Shown here piece after piece: positions 1 to 9,932 of a stretch of DNA of 64,000 nucleotides. The notes under the pieces were generated by a model, which ran no database searches, was not told the origin of the DNA, and worked only from the letters and a program-made list of their open reading frames with translations. The stretch comes from an uncultured Planctomycetota bacterium (GTDB lineage: Bacteria; Planctomycetota; Planctomycetia; Isosphaerales; Isosphaeraceae), in the NCBI GenBank assembly GCA_963737655.1, contig CAVTTN010000002.1, positions 7,392,001 through 7,456,000 on the forward strand. Direction: 5' to 3'. Position 1 is the first letter of the stretch. Every line of letters begins with the position of its first letter. The position numbers and the translations under genes are program-made.

Positions 1-1127
1 TCGAGGAGGGTTTCCATGTCCGCCTTCGAGCACGTCCTGGGGTTGGTCCTGTGGCAATGGTCTTGCATCGCCAGGTCGGCATATTCGCCGATCCTCGACC
101 GTTCGAGGCCGTCGATGGCGCGGAGCCGGTTCGGTAAGCCGAGCCTCGTGAGCAAGAGTTCGCTCAGGGTAATCAGGTGCGCGGGACCGTCGCCGGCCCG
201 GCCGAGGCCGAGGGTCGCGGCGAGGTCGGCCATCCGGGGCCCGGCGGCTTCGCGATTGAACCGGAGGGCGTGGGGCAGCAGCACCGCGTTCAGGGTGCCG
301 TGGTGGGCGCGGCCTCGGCCTCCCAGGGCGTGGGAGAGCGAGTGGACCACGCCGAGCCCCTTGTGGAACGCCACTCCACACAGCAACGCCCCCATCATCA
401 GCGACCGCCGGGCCGCTCGGTCCGATCCATCCCTCACGGAGGTCTCCAGACCGCGGGCCACCTGCCTCAGCCCTTCGAGCGCAATCCCATCGCACATCGG
501 ATGTTCGGTCGTGGAGAGATAGCTCTCGACGCCGTGGGTGAAGGCGTCCATCCCGGTCCCTGCGGTCAAGCCGGGAGGCAATCCCAGGGTCAATTCCGGG
601 TCGCAAAGGGCGACACTCGGAAGCAGATGCGGGCTCAGGGCGATGATCTTCCGCCCGCTCTCGGCAACCTGGATCAAGGTCCCCCGGCCCGCCTCGCTGC
701 CGGTCCCCGCGGTCGTCGGAACTGCAATCATCGGGGGCATTTGCGACGAAATTCGGCTCGATCCGCCCGAGGTGAATTCGTAATCCGACAGCGAGCCGCC
801 CAGCCCGGCGAGGAGCCGGATCGCCTTGGCGGCGTCGATCGAGCTCCCCCCGCCCAGCCCGATCAGGCCGTCACACTGGCCGGTCCGATACCGTTCGAGA
901 CCGCTACCAACGTCCGCCTCGGTCGGGTTGGCCTGAACGGAAGCAAAAAGCTCGAAGGAACTTAGGCCCGAAGTGACCTCGGCGACGATCCCGGCCGAAA
1001 CGAGGCCCGGGTCGGTCACGACCAAAGGACGGGTCACGCCCAGGGTCGCGAGCTCGGCCGGGAGCTGGGTCCGGGCCCCCTCGCCGAAGAGGATGCGATT
1101 GGGGAACGTGAACAGGGAAATGGGCAT
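1..1127 (-). CDS. Iron-containing alcohol dehydrogenase family protein (3' end runs off the window)
   Basis: Manual translation from ATG at 1127: MPISLFTFPNRILFGEGAR...PLVVTDPGL...VQANPT...GLIGLGGGSSIDAAKAI. This is the GGGS NAD(P)-binding signature of Fe-ADHs. Absent from the ORF track because no stop lies within the window. Confidence 0.9.
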   Translation of the reverse strand, partial: MPISLFTFPNRILFGEGARTQLPAELATLGVTRPLVVTDPGLVSAGIVAEVTSGLSSFELFASVQANPTEADVGSGLERYRTGQCDGLIGLGGGSSIDAAKAIRLLAGLGGSLSDYEFTSGGSSRISSQMPPMIAVPTTAGTGSEAGRGTLIQVAESGRKIIALSPHLLPSVALCDPELTLGLPPGLTAGTGMDAFTHGVESYLSTTEHPMCDGIALEGLRQVARGLETSVRDGSDRAARRSLMMGALLCGVAFHKGLGVVHSLSHALGGRGRAHHGTLNAVLLPHALRFNREAAGPRMADLAATLGLGRAGDGPAHLITLSELLLTRLGLPNRLRAIDGLERSRIGEYADLAMQDHCHRTNPRTCSKADMETLL

Positions 1128-1153
1128 GAGCACGGCCTCGAGGCGAGCGGCGA

Positions 1154-1476
1154 TCAGCCGAGCTGGGCGAGCAGGCCGTCCATCTCCCCGGCCGCGTGCC
1201 AGTCGCCCCGGGCCCGCGCTTCGCGATCCCCCGGGTCAAGACGTCCCGGGCCGAGGGGGCGTCGCCTTCTTCCGCAAACGATTGCCCGAGTTGCTGATAC
1301 GCCGCGATCTGGTCGTCGGGCCCGTCGGCGATCAGGGCCTCGAGCCGCTGGCGACCCTCGGCCGTGTCCCCCTCGCGGAGGCATTGCAGGGCCAGCCCGT
1401 AGCGGAGGAAGGCGTCGGTCGGATCTTCGGCCAGGCTCGCTTCCAGCATCTTGCGGCGGGGGGACTTCTCGGCCAT
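1154..1476 (-). CDS. Small TPR-repeat protein, split by an apparent 1-nt frameshift near 1220
   Basis: MAEKSPRRKMLEASLAEDPTDAFLRYGLALQC...AAYQQLGQ...RGIAK (ORF 904..1512) continues as ARARGDWHAAGEMDGLLAQLG* (ORF 1154..1384). Restoring one G (AAG GCG CGG) joins them. Confidence 0.75.
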
Positions 1477-1801
1477 CGTGGGACCTCGACCGCCGGCCGA
1501 GGCGAGCGGCACCCCGGTTGCGGCCGACTCAACCTAACCCCGAGAGATCGCCCCGTCAATGAGTCGCACCCAGGGAGTCTCTTTCCCCCATCTTGCCGTG
1601 AATCTGGGCAAGATTTTCGGTCAATAGGGAAGAACCGGAAAGCTAGGGGGGTTTTGGAAGCGGGGCATCAAGCCCAATTTGGGGCAAGCCGATTCAGAGA
1701 CTCGTCGGGAGGACGGCCGTCGCGGCGAAGGATCGCGAGGCGGGCCGTCGGCGGCACTCCGGGGCGGCCGCGCTCCGAGACAACCGGACGAGGACTCCGC
1801 C

Positions 1802-3193
1802 GTGAACTGGGATCACATGACGCGACGCAAGACCTTTGCCAGGGCGATCTTGCTCCTCTTGCCCCTGGGAGCGAGCGACGCTTGGGCCGGCTCCGGGAGG
1901 AGGCGGACGGAGGTCGTGGAGGCCGTCCAGAAGGTCCAGCCGTCGGTCGTGAGCATTTCCAGCGAGAAGAAGGCCGCTTCTTCCAGCCGCTGGCCGTTCA
2001 CGACCGAGGAAAACCAGAAGCCCCGAGTCAGCGGGATGGGGACCGGCGTCCTGATCGACGGCCGGGGCTATATCCTGACCAATCAACACGTTGTGGATAA
2101 AGTCCAGGGGATCGAGGTCCGCCTCGCCGATGGCACGGTCCTCCCCGCCCGGCTGCTCCAGCAGGACGAGGCGATGGACATCGCCCTGATCAAGGTCGAT
2201 GCCAACCACACCCTGCCGGCCGTGGCCATCGGGACCTCGTCCGACCTGATGGTCGGCGAGACCGTGATTACCATCGGGAACGCCTTCGGCTACGAGAACA
2301 CGGTCTCGGTCGGGATCATCAGCTTCGTCGGACGCAACGTGACGCTGGCCGACGACCAGGTTTACCGAAACCTCATCCAGACTGACGCTTGCATCAATCC
2401 GGGGAACTCCGGCGGCCCCCTGGTAAACATTGACGGCGAGCTGATCGGCATCAACGTGGCCGTCCGGGCCGGGGCCCAGGGAATCGGTTTCGCCTTGCCG
2501 ATCGATGACGTCAAGCGGGTCGCCGCCGAGATGATGAGCACCCGTCGTCTCGTCGGCTCCTGGCACGGCCTGATCACCGGAGAGGCCCGCACGGCCAACG
2601 GTCGCACGGTCGTCGTGGCCGATATCCCTCCCAACAGCCCCGCCGAGGCCGCCGGAGTTCAGAAAGGCGACGTCGTGGTGAAGGTTGGCGACGTTTCCGT
2701 CACCAATTCCATCGATATCGAACGTGGGTTGCTCGACGTCCGCCCCGGGACCCGGAGCGACCTGGTCGTTCGTCGGGGGGGGCAGGAGAAGACCCTCGCC
2801 CTGGAGGTCCAGTCCCTCCAGGCCCCCCAAAGACCCGGCACCGACACGTCGGAAAGGATCTGGAGGACGCTGGGCGTGAGGATGGTCCCGGTGGCGAAGG
2901 ATTATGTACGAAACGTCGCACCGACATGCCGGGGAGGACTTTACGTCCAGGCCGTCCTGCCCAATAGCCCTGCCGCCCGGGCCCTGATCCAGAAGGGGGA
3001 TATCCTCGTCGGGATGAACGTGGGGACCCGGAACCTGGAGACGATCCAGCCCGATAATGTCTTGTACGTCCTCAAGCAACCGGAGCTCACCCAGACCGGC
3101 TCGTTCCAGTGCTGGATCGTCCGGCGGAACGAGTTGTTGAACAAACTCGTGAGCCTGGCCGACGCCCCGTATCAGAACGCCCGCTTGAAATGA
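1802..3193 (+). CDS. HtrA/DegP-like trypsin serine protease with PDZ domains
   Basis: TNQHVV (His), DIALIK (Asp) and IQTDACINPGNSGGPL (Ser) motifs, two C-terminal PDZ-like segments and a signal-peptide-like N-terminus. GAGGA precedes GTG 1802; ATG 1817 is an alternative start. Confidence 0.93.
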   Translation: MNWDHMTRRKTFARAILLLLPLGASDAWAGSGRRRTEVVEAVQKVQPSVVSISSEKKAASSSRWPFTTEENQKPRVSGMGTGVLIDGRGYILTNQHVVDKVQGIEVRLADGTVLPARLLQQDEAMDIALIKVDANHTLPAVAIGTSSDLMVGETVITIGNAFGYENTVSVGIISFVGRNVTLADDQVYRNLIQTDACINPGNSGGPLVNIDGELIGINVAVRAGAQGIGFALPIDDVKRVAAEMMSTRRLVGSWHGLITGEARTANGRTVVVADIPPNSPAEAAGVQKGDVVVKVGDVSVTNSIDIERGLLDVRPGTRSDLVVRRGGQEKTLALEVQSLQAPQRPGTDTSERIWRTLGVRMVPVAKDYVRNVAPTCRGGLYVQAVLPNSPAARALIQKGDILVGMNVGTRNLETIQPDNVLYVLKQPELTQTGSFQCWIVRRNELLNKLVSLADAPYQNARLK

Positions 3194-3263
3194 TTTCTTG
3201 GCATCGGCCTTGCATCGGACCCCTCCCGATGATTGGGACAACCCCTTTCGGAGGTCCGGTCCG

Positions 3264-3626
3264 ATGCCCGCGATCAACAAGCCGTCGAACGCCCCCGGGA
3301 CGTCTCTGGGTTACATCACCGTCGGGGCGATCCTGGCGGTCCTGGCCGGGACGTCGTTCTTCTTCTTCTCGAATTCCCAGAACGCAGTATTCGGCTACAT
3401 CAGGACTTGCGCGTTTATCATCGGGCTGATCCTGCTGGTCCTGGGGTTCAGCGTCGGGCAGATCGGTCGAGTGGCTCGCGCCGCCGACGAGGCCCCCGCC
3501 CCCGGAGGCGTGACTCCGCCTCCGGCTGCCCGCCCCGCCAACGGCACCCCCCTGACCGCCGTGCCGAGCGGGAATGGGGTGGGTCCGATCCTGGGTTCCA
3601 CCAGCACTACGACCCAGGCCCCTTGA
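3264..3626 (+). CDS. Hypothetical two-TM membrane protein with Pro/Ala-rich tail
   Basis: GGAGG upstream of ATG 3264; two hydrophobic stretches; host-like codon usage. Confidence 0.65.
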   Translation: MPAINKPSNAPGTSLGYITVGAILAVLAGTSFFFFSNSQNAVFGYIRTCAFIIGLILLVLGFSVGQIGRVARAADEAPAPGGVTPPPAARPANGTPLTAVPSGNGVGPILGSTSTTTQAP

Positions 3627-3709
3627 CCCTGGCGAGCGGCGGCGAGACGAGATAGGCTGGGTCCTGGGTTTCCCAGGCCCAGCCCAGTCCACCTCGCCCG
3701 AGGCCGCCG

Positions 3710-4864
3710 GTGAAGGTCGTTGTGGCCCCCGACAAGTTCAAAGGAAGCCTTTCGGCCGCCGAGGCCGCCTCGGCCATCGCCCACGGGGTGCTTCGGGCCG
3801 ATCCCTCGGCCGAGGTCGTTGCCGTGCCCATGGCCGACGGCGGCGAAGGGACGGTCGAAGCCCTCGTCGCCGCGACCGGCGGCCACTTCCTCGAAGCCGA
3901 AGTCACGGGGCCGCTTGGAGATCCAGTCATCGCGAGGTACGGGATGCTCGGTGACGGCCAGACGGCCGTGATCGAGATGGCCGCCGCCTCCGGCCTGACC
4001 CTCGTGCCGCTCGACCGTCGCGACCCGTCCCGGACGACGACTCGCGGGACCGGTGAGCTGGTCCTTGCCGCCATCCAGCAGGGGGCCCACCGGATCATCC
4101 TGGGGATTGGCGGGAGCGCCACCAATGACGGCGGTGCCGGGTTCGCCCAGGCTCTCGGCATTCACTTGCTCGATGCCGAGGGATGCGAGATTGGTCCGGG
4201 AGGCGGGTTGCTCGGAAGTCTCGATCGAATTGAGGGTTCGGGCCGGCTGGCTCAGCTCCAGGGCCTTGAGATCGCCGTTGCCTGTGACGTCGATAATCCG
4301 CTTTGCGGACCCCGAGGGGCCTCCGCAGTATTCGGGCCTCAGAAGGGCGCCGACCCGGCGATGGTCGGACGGCTCGATGCCAACCTTCGCCATCTTGCCC
4401 GGATTCTCCGGCGAGACCTCGGTGTGGGTGTCGAGGAAATCCCGGGAGCGGGGGCAGCCGGCGGGCTTGGGGCCGGCCTGATCGCGTTTGCCGGTGCCAC
4501 CCTGGCCCCCGGGATCGATCGGGTGATCGAGGCCGTTGGCCTGAACGATCATCTACAGGGGGCGGACCTGGTCGTGACCGGCGAAGGATCGCTCGATGCC
4601 TCCAGCGCGGCGGGAAAAACCGTCGTGGGGGTCGCTCGGCTCGCTCGCGGCCGAGGCGTGCCGGTCGTCGCGCTGGCCGGGACCATCGGTGCCGGAGCCG
4701 AGCTCGCTCATGAGATCGGCCTGGACGCCATGTTCAGTTTGTGTCCGGGGCCGATCTCGCTTGATCGGGCCATTGCCGACGCATCCTCTTTGTTGACAGA
4801 AACTTCCGCCCAGGTCGTTCGCCTCTTCCGGGCTGCTCGGAGGGCCGATCATGGGGGAATTTGA
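3710..4864 (+). CDS. glxK: Glycerate kinase (GlxK/GarK family)
   Basis: MKVVVAPDKFKGSLSA, PMADGGEGT, IEMAAASGL, GIGGSATNDGGAG, GAAGGLG and VTGEG motifs. Confidence 0.93.
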   Translation: MKVVVAPDKFKGSLSAAEAASAIAHGVLRADPSAEVVAVPMADGGEGTVEALVAATGGHFLEAEVTGPLGDPVIARYGMLGDGQTAVIEMAAASGLTLVPLDRRDPSRTTTRGTGELVLAAIQQGAHRIILGIGGSATNDGGAGFAQALGIHLLDAEGCEIGPGGGLLGSLDRIEGSGRLAQLQGLEIAVACDVDNPLCGPRGASAVFGPQKGADPAMVGRLDANLRHLARILRRDLGVGVEEIPGAGAAGGLGAGLIAFAGATLAPGIDRVIEAVGLNDHLQGADLVVTGEGSLDASSAAGKTVVGVARLARGRGVPVVALAGTIGAGAELAHEIGLDAMFSLCPGPISLDRAIADASSLLTETSAQVVRLFRAARRADHGGI

Positions 4865-5786
4865 CCTGATCGAATGGATTCGGAGTCATTCCGCCGGAGG
4901 GGAGCGCGCTCCGATCGGGATTGGCGACGATTGCGCATCCCTGCGGTTCGCGCATGGCCGCGACGTGCTCGTCACCTCCGATATGTTGCTCGATGGCCGC
5001 CATTTTCGCCTTGCGACGGATTCGCCCGAACAGGTTGGCTACAAATCCCTTGCGGTGAACCTGTCCGACATGGCCGCGATGGCGGGCCAACCGGTTGCGG
5101 CTGTGGTTTCGGTGGCCTTGCCTCGTGCTCGAGCCTCGGAGATTGGCCGAAGGCTGCATGAGGGGATGAACCCCTTACTGGAGCGGTTCGGCGTCTTGCT
5201 GGTGGGTGGGGATACGAACGCCTGGGAAGGCCCCCTGGTCGTAAGCATTGCCTTGCTCGGGGAGGCGACGGAACGAGGCCCCGTCCGGCGATTAGGTGCG
5301 CAATCGGGAGACGCTATTCTCGTGACCGGCCCACTGGGCGGCAGTTTGCTCGGACGGCATTTGCGACCCAAACCGCGAGTCCGGGAGGCCCTGGCCATCC
5401 ATCAGCGGACCGAAATTCGGGCCATGATTGATCTTTCGGACGGCCTGTCGTCCGACCTGGGCCATATCCTCGACGAGAGCGGCGGACTCGGGGCGATCCT
5501 GGACACGGCCTCCCTGCCCATTCATCGCGATGCGCAAATCCTGTCCCAGGTGGATGGTCGGTTGCCGCTGGATCATGCGCTGGACGACGGGGAAGACTTC
5601 GAGCTGTGCTTGACCCTGGCCGAGAAAGACGCGGCAAGTCTCCTGGATAACCCACCTTGCCCGCTTTCTCGGATCGGCATCATCACGTCCGAACCCGGTA
5701 TCCGTCTACGGTTCCCCGATGGGCGCATCGAAGCCCGGACCAGGGCCGGATTCGACCACTTTCGCGACTCCGAGGGCGACGGATGA
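4851..5786 (+). CDS. thiL: Thiamine-monophosphate kinase
   Basis: MGEFDLI, GIGDDCA, AVNLSDMAAM, GGDT, MIDLSDGL and GEDFEL motifs. Confidence 0.95.
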   Translation: MGEFDLIEWIRSHSAGGERAPIGIGDDCASLRFAHGRDVLVTSDMLLDGRHFRLATDSPEQVGYKSLAVNLSDMAAMAGQPVAAVVSVALPRARASEIGRRLHEGMNPLLERFGVLLVGGDTNAWEGPLVVSIALLGEATERGPVRRLGAQSGDAILVTGPLGGSLLGRHLRPKPRVREALAIHQRTEIRAMIDLSDGLSSDLGHILDESGGLGAILDTASLPIHRDAQILSQVDGRLPLDHALDDGEDFELCLTLAEKDAASLLDNPPCPLSRIGIITSEPGIRLRFPDGRIEARTRAGFDHFRDSEGDG

Positions 5787-6274
5787 CGATCGTTCGTGAT
5801 GGAAATCGAATTTTGATGGACGTTAGCGAGGAATGGGAAACGGATCGGGTCGGTCGCGCCATCGCTTCGGTCATGGTCCCGAACACCACTATTGGGCTCG
5901 TCGGGCCGCTCGGAGCGGGCAAGACCCGGCTTTCTCGGGCGATCGCAGAGGGGCTAGGGGTCGATCCTGGGGCCATTTCCAGTCCCACGTATGTCCTGAT
6001 CCAGGAGTACGAAGGAGATTTGCCGATTGCGCATTTTGATTCCTACCGGCTGGAGGGCCCGGAGGCGTTCGACGCTCTCGGGCCCGGCGACTACTGGGAG
6101 GCGGGCGGCCTCTGCCTGGTCGAGTGGGCCGACCGGGTCGCGGATCGCCTGCCCCGAGACGCGTGGTGGATTACGATCGAGATTGACGACCCGCTGCGGC
6201 GCCTGACGATCGAGATTCCGGAGCCGGCGGTCCGGGAACGTCTGTTTCAAGCGTTGAGTCTGTTGGGTGGTTGA
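5783..6274 (+). CDS. tsaE: tRNA threonylcarbamoyladenosine biosynthesis ATPase TsaE
   Basis: GPLGAGKT Walker A, SPTY, HFDSYRL and VEWAD; ATGA overlap with the thiL stop. Confidence 0.93.
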   Translation: MTIVRDGNRILMDVSEEWETDRVGRAIASVMVPNTTIGLVGPLGAGKTRLSRAIAEGLGVDPGAISSPTYVLIQEYEGDLPIAHFDSYRLEGPEAFDALGPGDYWEAGGLCLVEWADRVADRLPRDAWWITIEIDDPLRRLTIEIPEPAVRERLFQALSLLGG

Positions 6275-6285
6275 GTGCGTGGTGG

Positions 6286-6798
<513 letters not shown>

Positions 6799-6923
6799 GA
6801 CGTCCTCGAAAGGGAGGAAACTCAGCCCGTCTGGGCGAGATGGGTCGTCGGGCGAAGCGGAGGGAGGTTTCACTTCCATCATACGCGACGTGACGGGGCC
6901 TCGGCGGGCCCGGGGAGCGGGAA

Positions 6924-8249
6924 TTGGAATGCTTCGATGTCGCGATCCTCGGAGGAGGGGCGGCGGGCCTCCTGGCGGCGATCCGATCCGCCGAGCTCGG
7001 GCGATCGACGGTCGTCCTGGAGAAGAACCGCCGCCCCGGAGTCAAGATCCTGATCTCGGGCGGGACTCGCTGTAACCTGACGAATGCGAGGGGTTTGCGC
7101 GATTTAAAGGGGATCTCCGGCCCCGTCGATCCGGGGTACGATCCTCGGGAAGCCCGGGGCGCCCGGAGCATCCTCGCGGCGTTCGGGCCTCAGGGATCGT
7201 TCCTTGGTCCTGCCTTGAAGGCGCTGAGTGTTGAGGCGACGATCGCTCTCTTCGAAAACGAAGGTTTGTCCACCAAGGTGGAGGCCAACGGGAAGGTGTT
7301 CCCGGCCACCGACCGCGCGGCGGATGTGCTCTCGGCGTTGATGAAGCGGGTCGAACGGTCGGGCGCGAGGGTGCGCACCGGTTCCGCGGTGGGTGACGTA
7401 ACCCCCTGGGAAAATGGGTATTTGGTCCAGACGGCCGAGTCTTCGATCCGGGCCCGATCGGTGGTCCTGGCGATGGGAGGGCTGTCGTACCCCGGGTGCG
7501 GGACGACCGGGGACGGCTTCGGGATCGCCCGATCGCTGGGTCATTCGATCGTCGAGCCTCGGCCGGCTCTCGTCCCCCTAAGAGTTGAACCTGCCTGGGT
7601 TTCGGAGTTGCGGGGCATCGCCCTCCAAGATGTGAAGGCCGAGGTGCGGATCGGCGGCGTTTCGCGTCTGGAACGTCGCGAAGCGGTGCTTTTTGCTCAC
7701 TTTGGCCTGAGTGGGCCGGCGATCCTGGATGTGAGCCGCGCGGTGGCCCGTCACGATGGGACGGATCGGCCCGTGCTCGTCCTGGATTTGCTCCCGGGAG
7801 AGCGGGCGGAGGCCATCGAGGCTCGGTTGCAGGCGGAGGCCCGGTCGGGGCGCTCCCAGGTGGTGGGTCTCTTGCCGGACGTCTTGCCGAGGCGGCTGGC
7901 CGAGTCGGTCTTGAGTGCGGCCGAGGTGCCTTCGGGGCGGATTGGACCGGAATTGTCGCGCGACGAGCGGAAACGCCTGATTTCGTGCTTGAAGGGTTTG
8001 AAATTGCCGGTCACGGGGACGCTCGGGTTTGCCAAGGCGGAGGTGACGAGCGGAGGGGTGGCCCTGGAGGAGGTGGATCCCTCGACGCTGGAGAGCCGGA
8101 TTCGGCCGGGGCTGTTCTTCGCGGGGGAGGTGCTGGACCTGGACGGATTGATCGGCGGTTATAACTTCCAGGCCGCCTGGAGCACCGGCTGGCTGGCGGG
8201 AGAGCGGGCGGCGGGGCGGGTTTCGGTGATCGGGGCAGGGGGCGGGTGA
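6924..8249 (+). CDS. HI0933/YhiN/BaiN-family NAD(P)/FAD-dependent flavoprotein
   Basis: GGGAAGL, KILISGGTRCNLTN, GKVFP, GG.SYP.CGTTGDG, HFGLSGPAIL, AEVTSGGV and GGYNFQAAWSTG. Confidence 0.92.
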   Translation: MECFDVAILGGGAAGLLAAIRSAELGRSTVVLEKNRRPGVKILISGGTRCNLTNARGLRDLKGISGPVDPGYDPREARGARSILAAFGPQGSFLGPALKALSVEATIALFENEGLSTKVEANGKVFPATDRAADVLSALMKRVERSGARVRTGSAVGDVTPWENGYLVQTAESSIRARSVVLAMGGLSYPGCGTTGDGFGIARSLGHSIVEPRPALVPLRVEPAWVSELRGIALQDVKAEVRIGGVSRLERREAVLFAHFGLSGPAILDVSRAVARHDGTDRPVLVLDLLPGERAEAIEARLQAEARSGRSQVVGLLPDVLPRRLAESVLSAAEVPSGRIGPELSRDERKRLISCLKGLKLPVTGTLGFAKAEVTSGGVALEEVDPSTLESRIRPGLFFAGEVLDLDGLIGGYNFQAAWSTGWLAGERAAGRVSVIGAGGG

Positions 8250-8284
8250 GGATGATATCCCAGGGCGGAACCGGGGTCGGTGGG

Positions 8285-8387
8285 TTCACCACGAAGCCAC
8301 CAAGGGCACGGAGGAAGACACAAAGAAGTCGCCGAATTCCAGTCGTCTTTGTGTCTTCCTCCGTGCCCTTGGTGGCTTCGTGATGAA
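8285..8387. repeat. Long hairpin (42-bp arms, 41/42 matched, 19-nt loop) between convergent genes; possible bidirectional terminator or dispersed palindromic element
   Basis: TTCACCACGAAGCCACCAAGGGCACGGAGGAAGACACAAAGA (8285-8326) and its reverse complement at 8346-8387. Confidence 0.9.
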
Positions 8388-8434
8388 TCGGGGTCGGCCG
8401 CCGACTTTTGGCGGTTCCGCGATTTGACGGCGAT

Positions 8435-9700
8435 TTATCCGTGGGAGGGGCCGGAGTCGGGCGGGATGATGCTGGGGAGTTCGAGGCGGCCTCCGCCGGG
8501 GCCCTTGAGCATCTGGTGCTTGGCCTGGGTCGTTTGCATCAGGCCGTGGATCTTGATGAAACCCTGGGCGGCCGTGGAGTCGTACTGGTCGCCCTCCTCG
8601 TAGGTGGCGAGTTCGTGGCGGTAGAGGCTGTGCTCGCTCTTCCGGCCGACGATCATCGCGTGACCCTTGAACAGTTTGATTCGAGCGATGCCCGAGACGT
8701 ATTGCTGATTGGAGACGACGAACGCCATCAAGTCCTGATGCAAAGCGCTGAACCAGAGGCCGTTGTAGATGAGGTCGGAATACGCCTGGCTGACGTGGGT
8801 CTTGAACCGGAGGGCGTCCTTGGAGAGGGTCAGGAACTCGATCTCGCGGTGGGCCTCGTGGAGGACCAGGGCGGCGGGGGCCTCATAAATCTCTCGCGAC
8901 TTGATGCCGACGAGGCGGTTCTCGATGTGATCGACGCGCCCGACGCCGTGGCGGCCGGCGATCTTGTTGAGCTCCTCGATCAGGGCCACGCCGTCGGTGT
9001 CCCGGCCGTTCAGGGCGACGGGTCGGCCGCGGTCGAATGTGATCTCGACCTCTTCAGGCTCGTCGGGGGCGTCCTTCGGATCGACGGTCCACTGGAACGT
9101 GGCCGGAGGGGGCTCGACCCACGGGTCTTCGAGGATTCCGGCCTCGATCGAGCGGCCCCAGAGGTTCTGGTCGGTGCTAAAAATCTTGTCCTTGGTGGCC
9201 TCGACCTCGATCCCGTGGTCGGAGGCGTACTTCAGCTCCTCGGTCCGGGTCCATTTCCACTCGCGGACCGGGGCGATGATCCTGAGGTGGGGGGCGAGGG
9301 TCTGGAAGGTGACGTCGAAGCGGACCTGGTCGTTCCCCTTGCCGGTGCATCCATGGGCCACGGCGACGGCCCCGTGATCCTTCGCTACCCGGACCATCAA
9401 CTGGGCGATCAACGGGCGGCCCAGCGCGGTGGCGAGCGGATATTTCCCTTCATAGAGGGCGCCGGCCATCAGCGAGGGGAAGGCGAAATAATCGACGAAG
9501 AGGTTGCGGACGTCCTCGGCGATGGCCTCGACGGCCCCGGTCCGCAGGGCCTTCTCGCGGATGGCGTTGATGTCCTGGCCCTGGCCGAGGTCGCAGGTAT
9601 ACGCGATCACGTCCAGGCCGTAGGTCTCGTTGATCCACTTGACGGCGACGGAGGTATCGAGCCCCCCGCTGTAGGCCAGAACGACCTTGTCTCGTGCCAC
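8435..9700 (-). CDS. argG: Argininosuccinate synthase
   Basis: VVLAYSGGLDTS, HGCTGKGNDQVRF, DQNLWGRSIE and ENRLVGIKSREIYEAP; GAGGA before GTG 9700. Confidence 0.97.
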   Translation of the reverse strand: MARDKVVLAYSGGLDTSVAVKWINETYGLDVIAYTCDLGQGQDINAIREKALRTGAVEAIAEDVRNLFVDYFAFPSLMAGALYEGKYPLATALGRPLIAQLMVRVAKDHGAVAVAHGCTGKGNDQVRFDVTFQTLAPHLRIIAPVREWKWTRTEELKYASDHGIEVEATKDKIFSTDQNLWGRSIEAGILEDPWVEPPPATFQWTVDPKDAPDEPEEVEITFDRGRPVALNGRDTDGVALIEELNKIAGRHGVGRVDHIENRLVGIKSREIYEAPAALVLHEAHREIEFLTLSKDALRFKTHVSQAYSDLIYNGLWFSALHQDLMAFVVSNQQYVSGIARIKLFKGHAMIVGRKSEHSLYRHELATYEEGDQYDSTAAQGFIKIHGLMQTTQAKHQMLKGPGGGRLELPSIIPPDSGPSHG

Positions 9701-9712
9701 GGCGTCCTCGTT

Positions 9713-9932
9713 GGGTGCTTCAAATGCACCAATGTAGGGTGCATGAAATGCACCACAGATGCGGCGGGCGATGCCCGCCATCCACGTCCCTGGGGTCTTG
9801 ATCCGATTCGGAGAGCGGAGAGCGGAGAGCGGCTGGCGGCCGATGGCCGCCTCCTGGTTGGTGCATTTCATGCACCCTACATGACGGTGCATTTCATGCA
9901 CCCTACATGACGGTGCATTGCATGCACCCTAC
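9713..9932. repeat. Cluster of five family-A GTAG-type REP units: one degenerate copy, one inverted REPIN-like pair and three tandem copies at 26-bp period
   Basis: Consensus GTAGGGTGCATGAAATGCACC at 9734-9754 (+); reverse-strand copies at 9860-9880, 9886-9906 and 9912-9932, separated by ATGAC; degenerate copy at 9713-9730. Confidence 0.92.

Noticed and set aside
9859..9932. Three direct repeats at regular spacing resembling a mini-CRISPR
   Set aside because: The spacers are identical 5-mers (ATGAC), the unit is the dispersed REP seen elsewhere in both orientations, and there are no cas genes.
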